This document shows, in pieces, positions 19,270 to 29,556 of a stretch of 64,000 bases of DNA. Positions within the stretch are counted from its first letter, which is position 1. Each line of letters opens with the position of its first letter. The translations under genes and the position numbers were made by a program. Source of the stretch: an uncultured Candidatus Saccharibacteria bacterium (lineage in GTDB: Bacteria; Patescibacteriota; Saccharimonadia; Saccharimonadales; Saccharimonadaceae); assembly GCA_964633035.1 (NCBI GenBank), contig CAZWCY010000002.1:320-64319 (forward strand), given 5' to 3'. The notes below the pieces were generated by a model. The model had not been told where the DNA came from. It worked only from the letters and a program-made list of their open reading frames with translations, and searched no databases.

Positions 19270-20478
19270 ATGAATCGTATCCCCCTAGCCGAACGTATGC
19301 GTCCGCAAAGTCTTGACGAAGTGATTGGTCAAGACGAAATTATTGGCGACGGCAAAATCCTGACCGAAATCGTCCGTAAAGGCGAACCGGTCAACTTGAT
19401 TTTCTGGGGGCCTCCTGGCACCGGCAAAACTACTCTAGCGCGTATTCTAGCTCATGAATACAAAGCTGACTTTGTCGAACTCTCTGCCGTCACCGCCAAG
19501 AAGAAAGACATCGAAGACGTTGTCGAGCGTGCTAAGGTAAACTGGAATCTCAAAACCCGTACCGTACTTTTCGTGGACGAAATCCATCGTTTTAACAAAG
19601 CCCAACAAGACGCCTTTTTGCCGCATGTAGAATCTGGCTTAATTATTCTGATTGGCGCTACTACCGAGAATCCTAGTTTTGAAGTGATTTCGCCGCTAAT
19701 TTCTCGATCGCGCGTAGTAATTGTTTCCTCGCTCGATCGTGACGACATTATTAAAGTACTACGCCGTGCCATCAAAGCCGAAAAAGCCGAAGCACGTGTG
19801 TCTGAAGACGCCATCAATCTCATTGCCGAACTAAGCGGCGGCGATGCCCGCTCTGCGCTCGGCGACCTCGAACTTGCACTTAGCTTAGATAAAAAAGTTA
19901 CCGCCGAAACTGTCAAAACTGCCGCCGGTAAAAAACTCCCACTCTACGACAAAGGTGGTGACTATCATTATGATAATATCTCCGCTTTTATTAAATCAAT
20001 GCGTGGCTCCGATGTTGATGCTACGCTGTATTATTTAGCCCGCATGGTCCTAAGTGGCGAAGATCCCAAATTTATCGCTCGACGCATGGTAATTTTTGCC
20101 TCCGAGGATATCGGATTAGCCGCCAGCGCTGCGCTCAATCTCGCCGTCAGCTGTTTCCAGGCTATCGAGCGCGTTGGTATGCCAGAGGGTGAAATTATTT
20201 TAAGTCATGTGGCAGTAGTTTTAGCTAAAGCTCCCAAAAATCGCGAAACTTACGACGGCTGGGCGCGTGCCAAATCTGTTGCCCAAATGACCATGAATTC
20301 TCCGGTGCCAATTCATTTGCGCAATGCCCCTACCAAACTCATGAAGGAACTTGGTTTTGGTGAGGGTCAAAAATGGGAAGCTGGTTTTCATCTCGATAAA
20401 AGTTACCTGCCCGAAGATGCGCAAGGCAGACCAATTTTTGGCGTCAAAACCAATTATAATCACAATGATAAACACTAA
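19270..20478 (+). CDS. rarA: Replication-associated recombination protein A (MgsA/RarA AAA+ ATPase)
   Basis: PLAERMRP, GPPGTGKTT, DEIHRFNKAQQD, ATTENPSF, SAFIKSMRGSD. Confidence 0.96.
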   Translation: MNRIPLAERMRPQSLDEVIGQDEIIGDGKILTEIVRKGEPVNLIFWGPPGTGKTTLARILAHEYKADFVELSAVTAKKKDIEDVVERAKVNWNLKTRTVLFVDEIHRFNKAQQDAFLPHVESGLIILIGATTENPSFEVISPLISRSRVVIVSSLDRDDIIKVLRRAIKAEKAEARVSEDAINLIAELSGGDARSALGDLELALSLDKKVTAETVKTAAGKKLPLYDKGGDYHYDNISAFIKSMRGSDVDATLYYLARMVLSGEDPKFIARRMVIFASEDIGLAASAALNLAVSCFQAIERVGMPEGEIILSHVAVVLAKAPKNRETYDGWARAKSVAQMTMNSPVPIHLRNAPTKLMKELGFGEGQKWEAGFHLDKSYLPEDAQGRPIFGVKTNYNHNDKH

Positions 20479-20603
20479 GCAGGCAACACTATTGTATAGT
20501 GTCGTTTTGTAAATATATTTATAAAACAAAGTCCGCCTTAATAGCATTATCTTGTTTTGTACATTCTTTATGTTATAATGAAGATATAATTTAAGGAGTT
20601 ATT

Positions 20604-21134
20604 ATGGCAGATTTTAACAAAATTTTGAACCCTGGTGATTATGAAAACGGCGAGATTAACGTAGTCGTTGAAATTCCAACCGGTTCAAACCACAAAATCG
20701 AATGGGATCGCGAAAATGCCTGTTTTATGCTAGATCGGATTGAACCAATCGCTTTTGCCAAACCTTGTAACTACGGTTTTATCCCGCAGACTCTTGATGA
20801 AGATGGCGACGAGCTTGACGTACTTCTAATCACTGACCAGCCACTTACCACCGGCATTTATACCAAAGCCCGTGTACTTGGCGTCATGAAGTTTGTCGAC
20901 GGCGGTGAAGTTGACGATAAAGTAATCGCCGTAGTTGAAGATGATCGCAATAACGGCAACGCCTACAAAACGCTCGCTGATTTGCCAGAACAGCTCATTA
21001 AGCAAATCGAATTCCATTTCAATCATTACAAAGATTTGAAAAAGGCTGGCACCACCGAAGTAAAAGAATTCGCTGATGCCGATGAAGCCAAAAAGGTAAT
21101 CGCCGAAGCAATTAAGCGCTGGAATAATCGCTAA
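20604..21134 (+). CDS. ppa: Inorganic pyrophosphatase (family I)
   Basis: EIPTGS..K, NYGFIPQT, DGDELDV, DDK. Confidence 0.95.
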   Translation: MADFNKILNPGDYENGEINVVVEIPTGSNHKIEWDRENACFMLDRIEPIAFAKPCNYGFIPQTLDEDGDELDVLLITDQPLTTGIYTKARVLGVMKFVDGGEVDDKVIAVVEDDRNNGNAYKTLADLPEQLIKQIEFHFNHYKDLKKAGTTEVKEFADADEAKKVIAEAIKRWNNR

Positions 21135-21203
21135 CTAAACTAGCTTTTACGAGTTTCCGCTAGTTTTAAGCCATATTTTAGTTAAATAGGATATAATGCT
21201 AGT

Positions 21204-21866
21204 ATGAGAATACTTTACGTAGAAGACGAAGAACGTTTGGCGTCCGCCGTAATCTATATGCTCAAGAAAGAGCGGATCGCGGTTGATTGGACGCCAGACG
21301 GCGAAGAAGGTTTAAGTATGGCGCTTAAGGGCGGCTATGATTGTATTATCCTTGATATCATGCTGCCGCATATGTCAGGCACCGAAATCCTGCAAACTAT
21401 CCGCAAGCGCAGCATCGCGACGCCAGTTTTAATGCTATCCGCACTGGCTGAAGTGGAAGATAAAGTTCGCGAGTTAAACTCTGGCGCGGATGATTATCTT
21501 GCTAAGCCATTCAAAACTACCGAGCTCATTGCTCGTATCAAAGCTTTGACACGCCGGCCGCCTTTGCAAATTGAAGAAGTCTTGCGCTTTGCTGATCTTG
21601 AATTTGATCTTAAGAATCGCACGCTCAATGGCATTGTGCTCACCGGTAAAGAAGCTGACTTATTTGAACCTCTAATTCGGAATCCAGAGAAAATCCAGCA
21701 TAAAGAACAATTGCTGGCGCGCGCTTGGGGTAACGAAGTGACTTCTTCCGACAATTATGTTGAGGTTTATATGAGTTATCTACGCAAAAAGCTTGAACAA
21801 CTTAAATCTCGCGCCACAATCAAAACCGTCCGTAATCTTGGTTATAAGCTGGTGGAGCAAAAATAG
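21204..21866 (+). CDS. OmpR-family response regulator
   Basis: Receiver domain (VEDE, LDIMLP, GADDYLAKPF) and winged helix (LRKKL, TVRNLGY). Confidence 0.95.
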   Translation: MRILYVEDEERLASAVIYMLKKERIAVDWTPDGEEGLSMALKGGYDCIILDIMLPHMSGTEILQTIRKRSIATPVLMLSALAEVEDKVRELNSGADDYLAKPFKTTELIARIKALTRRPPLQIEEVLRFADLEFDLKNRTLNGIVLTGKEADLFEPLIRNPEKIQHKEQLLARAWGNEVTSSDNYVEVYMSYLRKKLEQLKSRATIKTVRNLGYKLVEQK

Positions 21867-21913
21867 CTGATGTCTTGGTTCTTGCAAACACAACTAGTGA
21901 GGCGAGATAGCTG

Positions 21914-22858
21914 ATGTTTCGGCATCTTCGGAATCGACTAATTTTCATCAATCTCGCCGTCACTACGGTTGTGCTAGTGCTGGCTTTTTCGTTGATTTAT
22001 GTCGTTGCTCAAGAAGGTGCTGAACGCCGCAAATCCTTATTTTCAGCCGACTTAATTCCCGGCTATGCTCAAGTTGTGGTTGAAGCGGTCACCGAAAATG
22101 TCCGAGCTGAGCGCAGCGAAGCACTCAGCTCACTTTTGGTATCATTGATCATCGTAGGACTTTCGGTTGAAGTGGCGGTAGCAGTATTATCATATATTTT
22201 AGCCGAAGCCGCTATTCGCCCGGTCAAAGAAGCTTACGAAACCCAAAAAGTTTTCATCGCTAATGCGAGCCACGAAATGAAAACTCCGATTGCTGCCATT
22301 ATGGCCAATCTTGAAGTTGCCGACATTCAAGATAATCCGTGGATTGATAATGTCAATCAAGAAGTTGAGCTGCTTGCCAATCTGAATCACGAATTATTGA
22401 CGCTCGCCCGTGCCGAAAACGCCATGAGCGCTGCCAAAGCCAACGAGACTGTAGTATTAAAACAGTATGTTGAAGAACTAATCGCGCCCTTTCAGCCGCG
22501 TATTCGCAATCAAAAGATCCAATTTGAATTCAAGACCCAACTTAAATCCGGTAAAGCTAAACTCTCTAAAACCGAGTTTAGCCAAATTATTTCCATTCTA
22601 ATGGATAACGCATTGAAATACTGTGACAAAACCATTACCGTCACTTTAACTAGTAAAAGTTTCACCATCTCTAATGACGGCGCCAAAATCTCTAAGCAAG
22701 ATTTACCACACATCTTTGATCGTTTTTACCAAACTGACAAAAGTAGTGACGGTGTTGGGCTCGGCCTTGCTATCGCTAAAACTCTCGCCGATCGCCAAGA
22801 CTGGAAACTTACCGCCACCTCTGACGCTCACGCCACGACTTTTAGGCTCGAATTTTAA
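21914..22858 (+). CDS. Sensor histidine kinase
   Basis: 2 TM, ASHEMKTP H-box, DNALKY, IFDRFY, GLGLAI. Confidence 0.93.
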   Translation: MFRHLRNRLIFINLAVTTVVLVLAFSLIYVVAQEGAERRKSLFSADLIPGYAQVVVEAVTENVRAERSEALSSLLVSLIIVGLSVEVAVAVLSYILAEAAIRPVKEAYETQKVFIANASHEMKTPIAAIMANLEVADIQDNPWIDNVNQEVELLANLNHELLTLARAENAMSAAKANETVVLKQYVEELIAPFQPRIRNQKIQFEFKTQLKSGKAKLSKTEFSQIISILMDNALKYCDKTITVTLTSKSFTISNDGAKISKQDLPHIFDRFYQTDKSSDGVGLGLAIAKTLADRQDWKLTATSDAHATTFRLEF

Positions 22859-22924
22859 AGACAGCGAGCTTCAGAATGGCACGTTTTAAATTATTTTGAA
22901 ACAGTGCTTATCGCTCAGAACTGC

Positions 22925-24727
22925 TTAGTCTTCTTCCATAAAAGCACCCGATTGGCGCGCCCACAAGTGGTGATAAACGCCATCCGGCTTCTCTAGCAGC
23001 TCTTGATGTTTGCCCTGCTCGACAATTTTACCATTTTCTAGCACCACGATGCGATCCAGATTGGCTACAGTTGACAAGCGATGTGCGATCACTACACTAG
23101 TGCGTCCAGCCATCAAAGTATTCAGCGCATCTTGAATCAAAGCTTCTGATTCGGAATCTAGTGCCGAAGTCGCTTCGTCAAGCACCAAGATTGGTGCATC
23201 TTTAAGAATTGCTCGCGCAATCGCCACCCGCTGACGCTGACCGCCCGAGAGCTTAATGCCGCGTTCGCCCACCAACGTATCGTAGCCGTTTGGCAAATCC
23301 ATGATAAAATCATGCGCATTAGCCAATTTGGCAGCGCGCTGAATTTCTTCAAAACTCGCTCCCGGTTTACCGTAGGCAATATTCTCTGCGATCATGCGAT
23401 GAAAGAGTGATGTCTCCTGTGGCACATACGCAATGTTCTCACGCAAGCTTTGCTGAGTGATATCCTTAATATTTTGACCGGAGATTTTTACCGCCCCAGC
23501 ATTAACATCGGCAAAACGCAACAATAATTTAGTGAGCGTAGTTTTGCCAGAACCGGAAATTCCTACCAAACCCACGCGTTCGCCCGGCTGAATCTGCAGA
23601 TTAAAGTTTTCAAAAATTGGCGCTTTAGCATCTTTATGTTGGAAAGTGATATCGTCAAACTCCACATCCGTAGTGTTTAGCTCTAGCGCCCGCGCATTTG
23701 GCATATCCACCACATCATCCACCGTATCCAAAATCAGCGTCATCTCGTGCGCATCTCCAAACACGCGGTTGATGTTCTTAAAAATATGTGTAATATTCCA
23801 GAGCTCACCTTGAATCGATTGCGCATAATTCACGATCAACACCAAAGTTGCAATCGAAATCCCCAACCATTCACGCCCCAACAACAAGAATGCCAAAATT
23901 AAAGCCGTAATACCAATCTGCACCCCATTAAACATAATATCACGCTTGATAGTAGCATTCATCAACCTGCTACCCGCAGTATAAGTCTCTTTGGCAAACT
24001 TAGAATATCTTTGTTTCTCGTGCGCCTCCTTTGCGTAAGACTTCACCGAAGTGATATTAGAAATCGAATCCGCTAGCTGACCAGTCTGTTTAGCCTCGGC
24101 GTCTGCTTCTGCATCATTGAGGTGACCAATCTTGCGGAATGATAGCCCGGCAATCACCGCATAGATAACCACAAAAATTACTAGACCCGCCGCAAACCAC
24201 GGCACCTGTGGCGCCATCACCACAACCACCATCAGAATATATATTAGCATGGGCCAAAAATCCCAGATAAAGACATCCGTCAAACGTTCAAACGCCCACA
24301 CAAACTTATTCGTCTGCGAAACTAATGACCCCGAGAACCGATCACTATGGAACTGCATCGACTGTTCAGAAACCGTATCAAAACATAAGTCTGCCAAGTC
24401 ATACAACGCCATCAGCTGCATCTTCCAGCACCAATATAAGCGCAGCTCTTCAAGTACAACCTTATTCAGTGTATAGAGGAAGAAAAAGAAAATTACTTCG
24501 CCTAATGCTACTGATAATAATTCATCTAATGGCAAACCTTGCGAAACCTTTTCAATCAAATCCGCAAAAATCAACGGCGCCAGCACTGCCCGAATAAATA
24601 CCACCACCGGCGTAATCAGGAACGTGCCCAAGGCATACCACTTGTACTTCACAATCTCTTGCCAATAATAATGCAAGGTCCGAAAAACTGTATTAACCTT
24701 CTTTTCTGTTACTTTTTCTTTTACCAT
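22925..24727 (-). CDS. ABC exporter, fused permease/ATPase
   Basis: TM domain plus GISGSGKT, LSGGQRQR, LDEATSALD. Confidence 0.95.
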   Translation of the reverse strand: MVKEKVTEKKVNTVFRTLHYYWQEIVKYKWYALGTFLITPVVVFIRAVLAPLIFADLIEKVSQGLPLDELLSVALGEVIFFFFLYTLNKVVLEELRLYWCWKMQLMALYDLADLCFDTVSEQSMQFHSDRFSGSLVSQTNKFVWAFERLTDVFIWDFWPMLIYILMVVVVMAPQVPWFAAGLVIFVVIYAVIAGLSFRKIGHLNDAEADAEAKQTGQLADSISNITSVKSYAKEAHEKQRYSKFAKETYTAGSRLMNATIKRDIMFNGVQIGITALILAFLLLGREWLGISIATLVLIVNYAQSIQGELWNITHIFKNINRVFGDAHEMTLILDTVDDVVDMPNARALELNTTDVEFDDITFQHKDAKAPIFENFNLQIQPGERVGLVGISGSGKTTLTKLLLRFADVNAGAVKISGQNIKDITQQSLRENIAYVPQETSLFHRMIAENIAYGKPGASFEEIQRAAKLANAHDFIMDLPNGYDTLVGERGIKLSGGQRQRVAIARAILKDAPILVLDEATSALDSESEALIQDALNTLMAGRTSVVIAHRLSTVANLDRIVVLENGKIVEQGKHQELLEKPDGVYHHLWARQSGAFMEED

Positions 24728-24805
24728 AACTTTTCCATTATATCATGTTATGCTGCCAAACTACGCCAAATCATGACGTTCTTGGCAGTATAATTTACTT
24801 TTATT

Positions 24806-26119
24806 TTACAAGTCAGCGATCTTCACACGTTCTTGCTCAGTAGTATCGCGATCGCGCACCGTCACGGTATTGTCTTCTAGCGTAGCAAAGTCAATCACGA
24901 CACACTTCGGCGTACCGATTTCGTCCTGCTTCTTATAACGCTTACCAATGTTACCAGAATCGTCCCAAGTTACGAAAGTATACTTATCCTTCAGCTTACG
25001 ATAAACTTCTTGCGCCTTAGCCACCAGCTCTGGCTTATTCTTGAGCAACGGTGAAACGCAGAAACGGTACGGCGCCAAGTTCTCGGGCAAGCTCAAAACA
25101 ATCCGATCACCATCTTCACGATAAGCCGCGGTCAAAATCGCTAGGAACAACCGCTCCACGCCGATCGATGGCTCAATCACGTGCGGGATAAAGGTTTCAC
25201 CAGTATTTTTATCGCGATATTCCATTGATTTACCAGATTCACGCTGGATATTGCTGAGGTCAAAATCCGTCCGGTAAGCCAAGCCCATCAATTCTTCCTC
25301 GCCATTTGGATACTCAAACATCATATCAATCGTGCGCTTACTATAATGCGCTCGATCCTCGGCCGGTACTTCGTAATCACGAATCATCTTTGGAGGCAAA
25401 CCGATAATCTCTTCCAGGAACACGTGCTGCGCTGCTCGCATTTTTTCAAACTCAGCTCCCCAAGTATCTGGATGGATAAAGTACTCGATTTCCATCTGCG
25501 AGCACTCACGGTCGCGCAAGATAAAATCGCGCGGCGAAATCTCATTCCGAAACGCCTTACCCTGCTGCGCAATCCCAAATGGAATGTCTGGATAAATCGT
25601 ATCCACCACGTTCTTGTAGTTCGTAAAAATCCCCTGCGCAGTCTCTGGGCGCAGATAAGCGATACTAGAATCGTCTTCAACCGGACCGACATGAGTCTGG
25701 AACATCATATTAAACTTCTTAATCTCACCCCAATTCTGCTTACCGCAAGTTGGGCATTTGGGATTCGTTTTCAAAAATTCTTCAGTAGTAATACTTTCAG
25801 TAGCGCCCTCTACGAGTTTATCCGCTCGGAACCGACCATGACATTCCTTACATTCAACCAATGGATCGGCAAAAGTTGCCACGTGGCCCGAAGCCTCCCA
25901 AGTGCGCGGATTCATAATAATCGCCGCATCCACACCGTACATATCATCGCGCTGATTCACCCAAAAATTCCACCACGCCTGCATCATATTATTCTTAAGC
26001 ATCACGCCCAGCGGACCAAAATCCCAAGTACCGGCCATCCCGCCATACACATCCGAGCCAGGAAAAATAAATCCTCGCCGCTTACATAAACTTACAATAT
26101 CTTCTAACTTTTTTCCCAT
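24806..26119 (-). CDS. glyS: Glycine--tRNA ligase (single-chain alpha2 type)
   Basis: LRPETAQGIF, GKAFRNEISP, EPSIGVER, IGKRY..QDEIGTP; start set at ATG 26119. Confidence 0.96.
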   Translation of the reverse strand: MGKKLEDIVSLCKRRGFIFPGSDVYGGMAGTWDFGPLGVMLKNNMMQAWWNFWVNQRDDMYGVDAAIIMNPRTWEASGHVATFADPLVECKECHGRFRADKLVEGATESITTEEFLKTNPKCPTCGKQNWGEIKKFNMMFQTHVGPVEDDSSIAYLRPETAQGIFTNYKNVVDTIYPDIPFGIAQQGKAFRNEISPRDFILRDRECSQMEIEYFIHPDTWGAEFEKMRAAQHVFLEEIIGLPPKMIRDYEVPAEDRAHYSKRTIDMMFEYPNGEEELMGLAYRTDFDLSNIQRESGKSMEYRDKNTGETFIPHVIEPSIGVERLFLAILTAAYREDGDRIVLSLPENLAPYRFCVSPLLKNKPELVAKAQEVYRKLKDKYTFVTWDDSGNIGKRYKKQDEIGTPKCVVIDFATLEDNTVTVRDRDTTEQERVKIADL

Positions 26120-26196
26120 AATTAAGACTATTATAGCACAGTTATTCAAGAAAAATAAACTTTGACGCAAAACAAAAAAGTATGCTATACTAAAAA

Positions 26197-26350
26197 TGTC
26201 GAACAATTCAATCAATATAATACAAGTTTTGTGTATTTTATCTTACATCTACTTGTTATTCATCAGCTAAGAACGGCATCGCAAGATCAACTGATGAGTA
26301 GCAATACTTGTAAGATTGAATGGTTCGACACCACTTGCGGTGTCGTTTTT
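26197..26350 (+). ncRNA. Pseudoknotted 5' leader RNA motif, copy 2
   Basis: After TTGACG...TGCTATACT promoter; 26197-26213 pairs with 26314-26330; loop 26272-26285 pairs with 26334-26347; T-run follows. Confidence 0.7.
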
Positions 26351-26470
26351 ATTATCAGCTCTATTACTTATTTTGATAATGAATTCGACGCCCGATGTAT
26401 ATATACTAAATCCTTGGGTTAAAATTACGCAAAGTTTTAGCCCACAAACCTACAAAAGGAGGGCGCAAAG

Positions 26471-28066
26471 ATGCAACGCAAAAGACATATTAACTTTAAG
26501 AATAAGTCTAGGACCATGTTAAGTTCCTATTCTACTGCTGGAGTCCGGTGGACCTCTCCTCATCTAAAGAATCGGATCCGGTCCAGCCGTCTATTAACTC
26601 CATGCAGTAGAATCAGGAACTTAACTTACTCCTTCTCTAATTCTAATAGTACAAAGTCTAATGTGTTATATAGTATTCCTTGCGGTTGTGCCTTCGCCCT
26701 CCTTTTAATCGGGATCTTTAACCTATTGATTAGCAATAAGAGTTATGCTATATGTATCGCTGGGAGTCATTGTTCTGGTACTATTAGTGACCAAGACACT
26801 ATTTCTCCAGTATCTGGAACGACTAACACTCCTGCCACTGTCTCATTATCTCTCAGTAATACCAATATGAGCCAAACTACCACTCCCGGTAATATCGCCG
26901 CTATAAGCACTGATGTAACTGTGAGCGTACACAATGCAGAAAGTTATAACTTAAGTTTAAAAATGGATAGCGATAAACTGATAAGCGGGAATACTACTAT
27001 TAATGCCGGTAACGTCATTACTAATAATACCTGGGGATACTCTTGGGATGGTGCTACTAATTATACTACTCCGAGTACATCCGATCAGATATTAGCAGTA
27101 CCGGGCCTATCAAACGGCAACATCAGCTTCACTAAAACTTTAAAATTCGGGGCTAAATTTGCCACCAATGCCGCTAGCGGGCATTATAAAGGCAGTGGCA
27201 CACTATCACTAGTAGCCACACCGAGAGTCGCAGTAGTAACCTTGGCCAATCTGACTCAAATGCAGCAGCTAGCCGAAGGCTATGCGCCAGAAGCTTGCGC
27301 TAATACGCCATATCTAGATGGACAGAACTATAGTGCGGAATATACCTTAACTGATGTAAGAGATGGCAGTACTTATACGGTACGAAAACTTGGTGATAGT
27401 AAGTGTTGGATGACACAAAATCTAAAGCTTTGGAACAAGAACGCGAACGTCAACGAGTATTATCTTGGCGGTCGCGTTTTAAAATCATCTACTTCTGATA
27501 TTTCTGCCAGTACCTGGACTCTCCCAGCTTCTGGTACTTCTGGCTTTAGCAATGATGCTGCAAGTAATATATACTATAATTATAGCAACAGTACCGGTTA
27601 TTACACTTGGTGCGCCACCACCGCGGGAACTTGCAACGGTACAACTAGCGGCGGCCAAAATGCCGGTAGCTCGATTTGCCCCAAAGGCTGGAAGCTTCCC
27701 ACTGGTGGCACGTCTGGAAATACTGATTTCTACAACCTATTTAAAAATATGCAACTAAATATTAGTGGTAGTCTAGCCACTTCTGGCTCTACTAACTGGC
27801 AAGATGATGATTTATCAATAGTCCAAGGTTTACCATATAATTTCGCTTATACCGGGTATATGAGCGACAGCTCACTCAGCTATACTTCTAGCGGAGGCTA
27901 CTGGTGGGCACGCACGGCAGATGGCAGCAGCGCCGCGTATGGTTTGCTCATTAGCGGTAGCGGTGTGAGTCCAGGTACGAGTAATGGTATCCGCAGCCTC
28001 GGCTTCGCAATCCGCTGTGTCGCCGAGAAAAACAGCGACGGTGGTCACTATGACATCTATGAATAA
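26471..28066 (+). CDS. Surface protein with C-terminal Fib_succ_major (CLec-fold) domain; candidate DGR target
   Basis: CWMTQNL, YYTWCA, ICPKGWKLP, YWWART, GFAIRC; 3' end colinear with the TR-like segment. Confidence 0.87.
   Translation: MQRKRHINFKNKSRTMLSSYSTAGVRWTSPHLKNRIRSSRLLTPCSRIRNLTYSFSNSNSTKSNVLYSIPCGCAFALLLIGIFNLLISNKSYAICIAGSHCSGTISDQDTISPVSGTTNTPATVSLSLSNTNMSQTTTPGNIAAISTDVTVSVHNAESYNLSLKMDSDKLISGNTTINAGNVITNNTWGYSWDGATNYTTPSTSDQILAVPGLSNGNISFTKTLKFGAKFATNAASGHYKGSGTLSLVATPRVAVVTLANLTQMQQLAEGYAPEACANTPYLDGQNYSAEYTLTDVRDGSTYTVRKLGDSKCWMTQNLKLWNKNANVNEYYLGGRVLKSSTSDISASTWTLPASGTSGFSNDAASNIYYNYSNSTGYYTWCATTAGTCNGTTSGGQNAGSSICPKGWKLPTGGTSGNTDFYNLFKNMQLNISGSLATSGSTNWQDDDLSIVQGLPYNFAYTGYMSDSSLSYTSSGGYWWARTADGSSAAYGLLISGSGVSPGTSNGIRSLGFAIRCVAEKNSDGGHYDIYE
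27842..28024 (+). repeat. Variable-region (VR)-like segment homologous to TR 59155-59340
   Basis: Begins with a 15-nt identity TTCGCTTATACCGGG and ends with TGTGTCGCC; TR AAC codons align with NNC/NNT codons; one 3-nt indel. Confidence 0.7.
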
Positions 28067-28244
28067 TAACAAAATTGTCCTAAAAATTCTTTCATAGAAG
28101 CCCTTGAATGCCCTACAAATTCTAACCCGCCGTCCTACCAAGGTTTTGCAAAAAATGCGCCACAGGGCTTCTACGAGGCTCTCAGGCGCATTTTAGCATA
28201 AAAAGTACCACAAAATCCCGAAAAATAGACCAAATCCTTTGGGA

Positions 28245-28907
28245 TTATCGCCGTACCATCCCCATCAGCACTCCCGTCATCCGTTCAACTTCTTGAATGC
28301 GGCTAATTACACTCAGCTTGCTTACCAGGCACAGCCGCGCTAGCTTAATTTCACTCGCGGTAATCTTCCCCTGCGAATTCAAGCGTAAAGCCTGTTCGAT
28401 ACCATCCCACTCATAGCTTGCTGCCGCATCAAGTTTTTCACCATTCACATCGCTAATCAAATTAATTTCTTCGCCCACCGCCTGCAAAAGCCGCAGCTCA
28501 AACCAAAACTTAATTATCTCCACACTTGTTGTTTTATTCAGTTCAGCCAAAGTCTGTTCTAGTAGCTCAAAATACTCCGGGTTATCAGTTTGCTCGGCGG
28601 CGCGCTCAATTTTACGTAGTGCCGCCGAAGCCATTTCTAATCTTGTCAAATCTCCCAAGATATTGCCAAAAAACTGTAGCATCTTTGCTCCTGTCAAGGT
28701 ACACAAATCACTCCGGCCTTGATGAATCACAACATCCGCCACCGTAAACAGCTCGATTCCACCTGCTAGGCGCGACTTTTCCTTGCGCACACCGCGCGCC
28801 AGCACCGCATATTTACCTTCTGGCGTAATCACGTTCAAAATCCGATCACTTTCGCCATAGTTAGTGCGACGCAAGACGATCCCCCGAGTATGCAAATCAT
28901 TCGGCAT
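28245..28907 (-). CDS. recO: DNA repair protein RecO
   Basis: GIVLRRTNYGESDRIL..ITPEG...ARGVRK.KSRL. Confidence 0.92.
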   Translation of the reverse strand: MPNDLHTRGIVLRRTNYGESDRILNVITPEGKYAVLARGVRKEKSRLAGGIELFTVADVVIHQGRSDLCTLTGAKMLQFFGNILGDLTRLEMASAALRKIERAAEQTDNPEYFELLEQTLAELNKTTSVEIIKFWFELRLLQAVGEEINLISDVNGEKLDAAASYEWDGIEQALRLNSQGKITASEIKLARLCLVSKLSVISRIQEVERMTGVLMGMVRR

Positions 28908-28969
28908 TGTGTAACGCTCCTTTGGCAACTCTATCAATCGTGCAAGCACCGTGTTGCATGACAATCTTT

Positions 28970-29455
28970 TTAGCAAACCTCAGCTTCACTCAAAATCTCC
29001 TTCACCGTCTGCCTAATCTGACCCGGCGTCATAGTTTCCTTTTGCAAAACTTGCTCTACTCCATAATGTTTTAAGCTGGCGCGATCTATTTCTAGCGACG
29101 TGATTATTAATACTGGTATCTTTGCCGTATCATCATAAGATGCCAATTCGTTGAGAAAACTAAACCCGTCCGGACCATCTAGTACAATATCCAAAATGAT
29201 CAAATCCGGCGCCGCCTCATCTAACGCCACCATCGCTGCAATCGCGTTGGTAAAATGCTGGATCTCGTGTTGAAGCTGAATGCCAGTAGCAGAATTTTTT
29301 TTATGTTGAGGCTGAACATTAGAATCAGCAATATCAAGCTCACTCCTTCGTACATCCTGAACCAACGCACTAGTCCCAACTTCACAGGCTTCAATCGCTT
29401 GCGCAATACACTCGGCCATAATCTCATCATCTTCCACGATCATTATCCGTGCCAT
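28970..29455 (-). CDS. Single-domain response regulator with ~40-aa insertion
   Basis: IMIVEDD, PDLIILDIVL..DG, IPVLIIT, K motif. Confidence 0.85.
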   Translation of the reverse strand: MARIMIVEDDEIMAECIAQAIEACEVGTSALVQDVRRSELDIADSNVQPQHKKNSATGIQLQHEIQHFTNAIAAMVALDEAAPDLIILDIVLDGPDGFSFLNELASYDDTAKIPVLIITSLEIDRASLKHYGVEQVLQKETMTPGQIRQTVKEILSEAEVC

Positions 29456-29556
29456 AAGTTTCAACCCATAATTATTATACTTACTCTTAAACTCAGCCTA
29501 TCCGATGCTATTTACACCACAATGCTTTAGTCCTTAATTATCAACCTCAACCCAAT

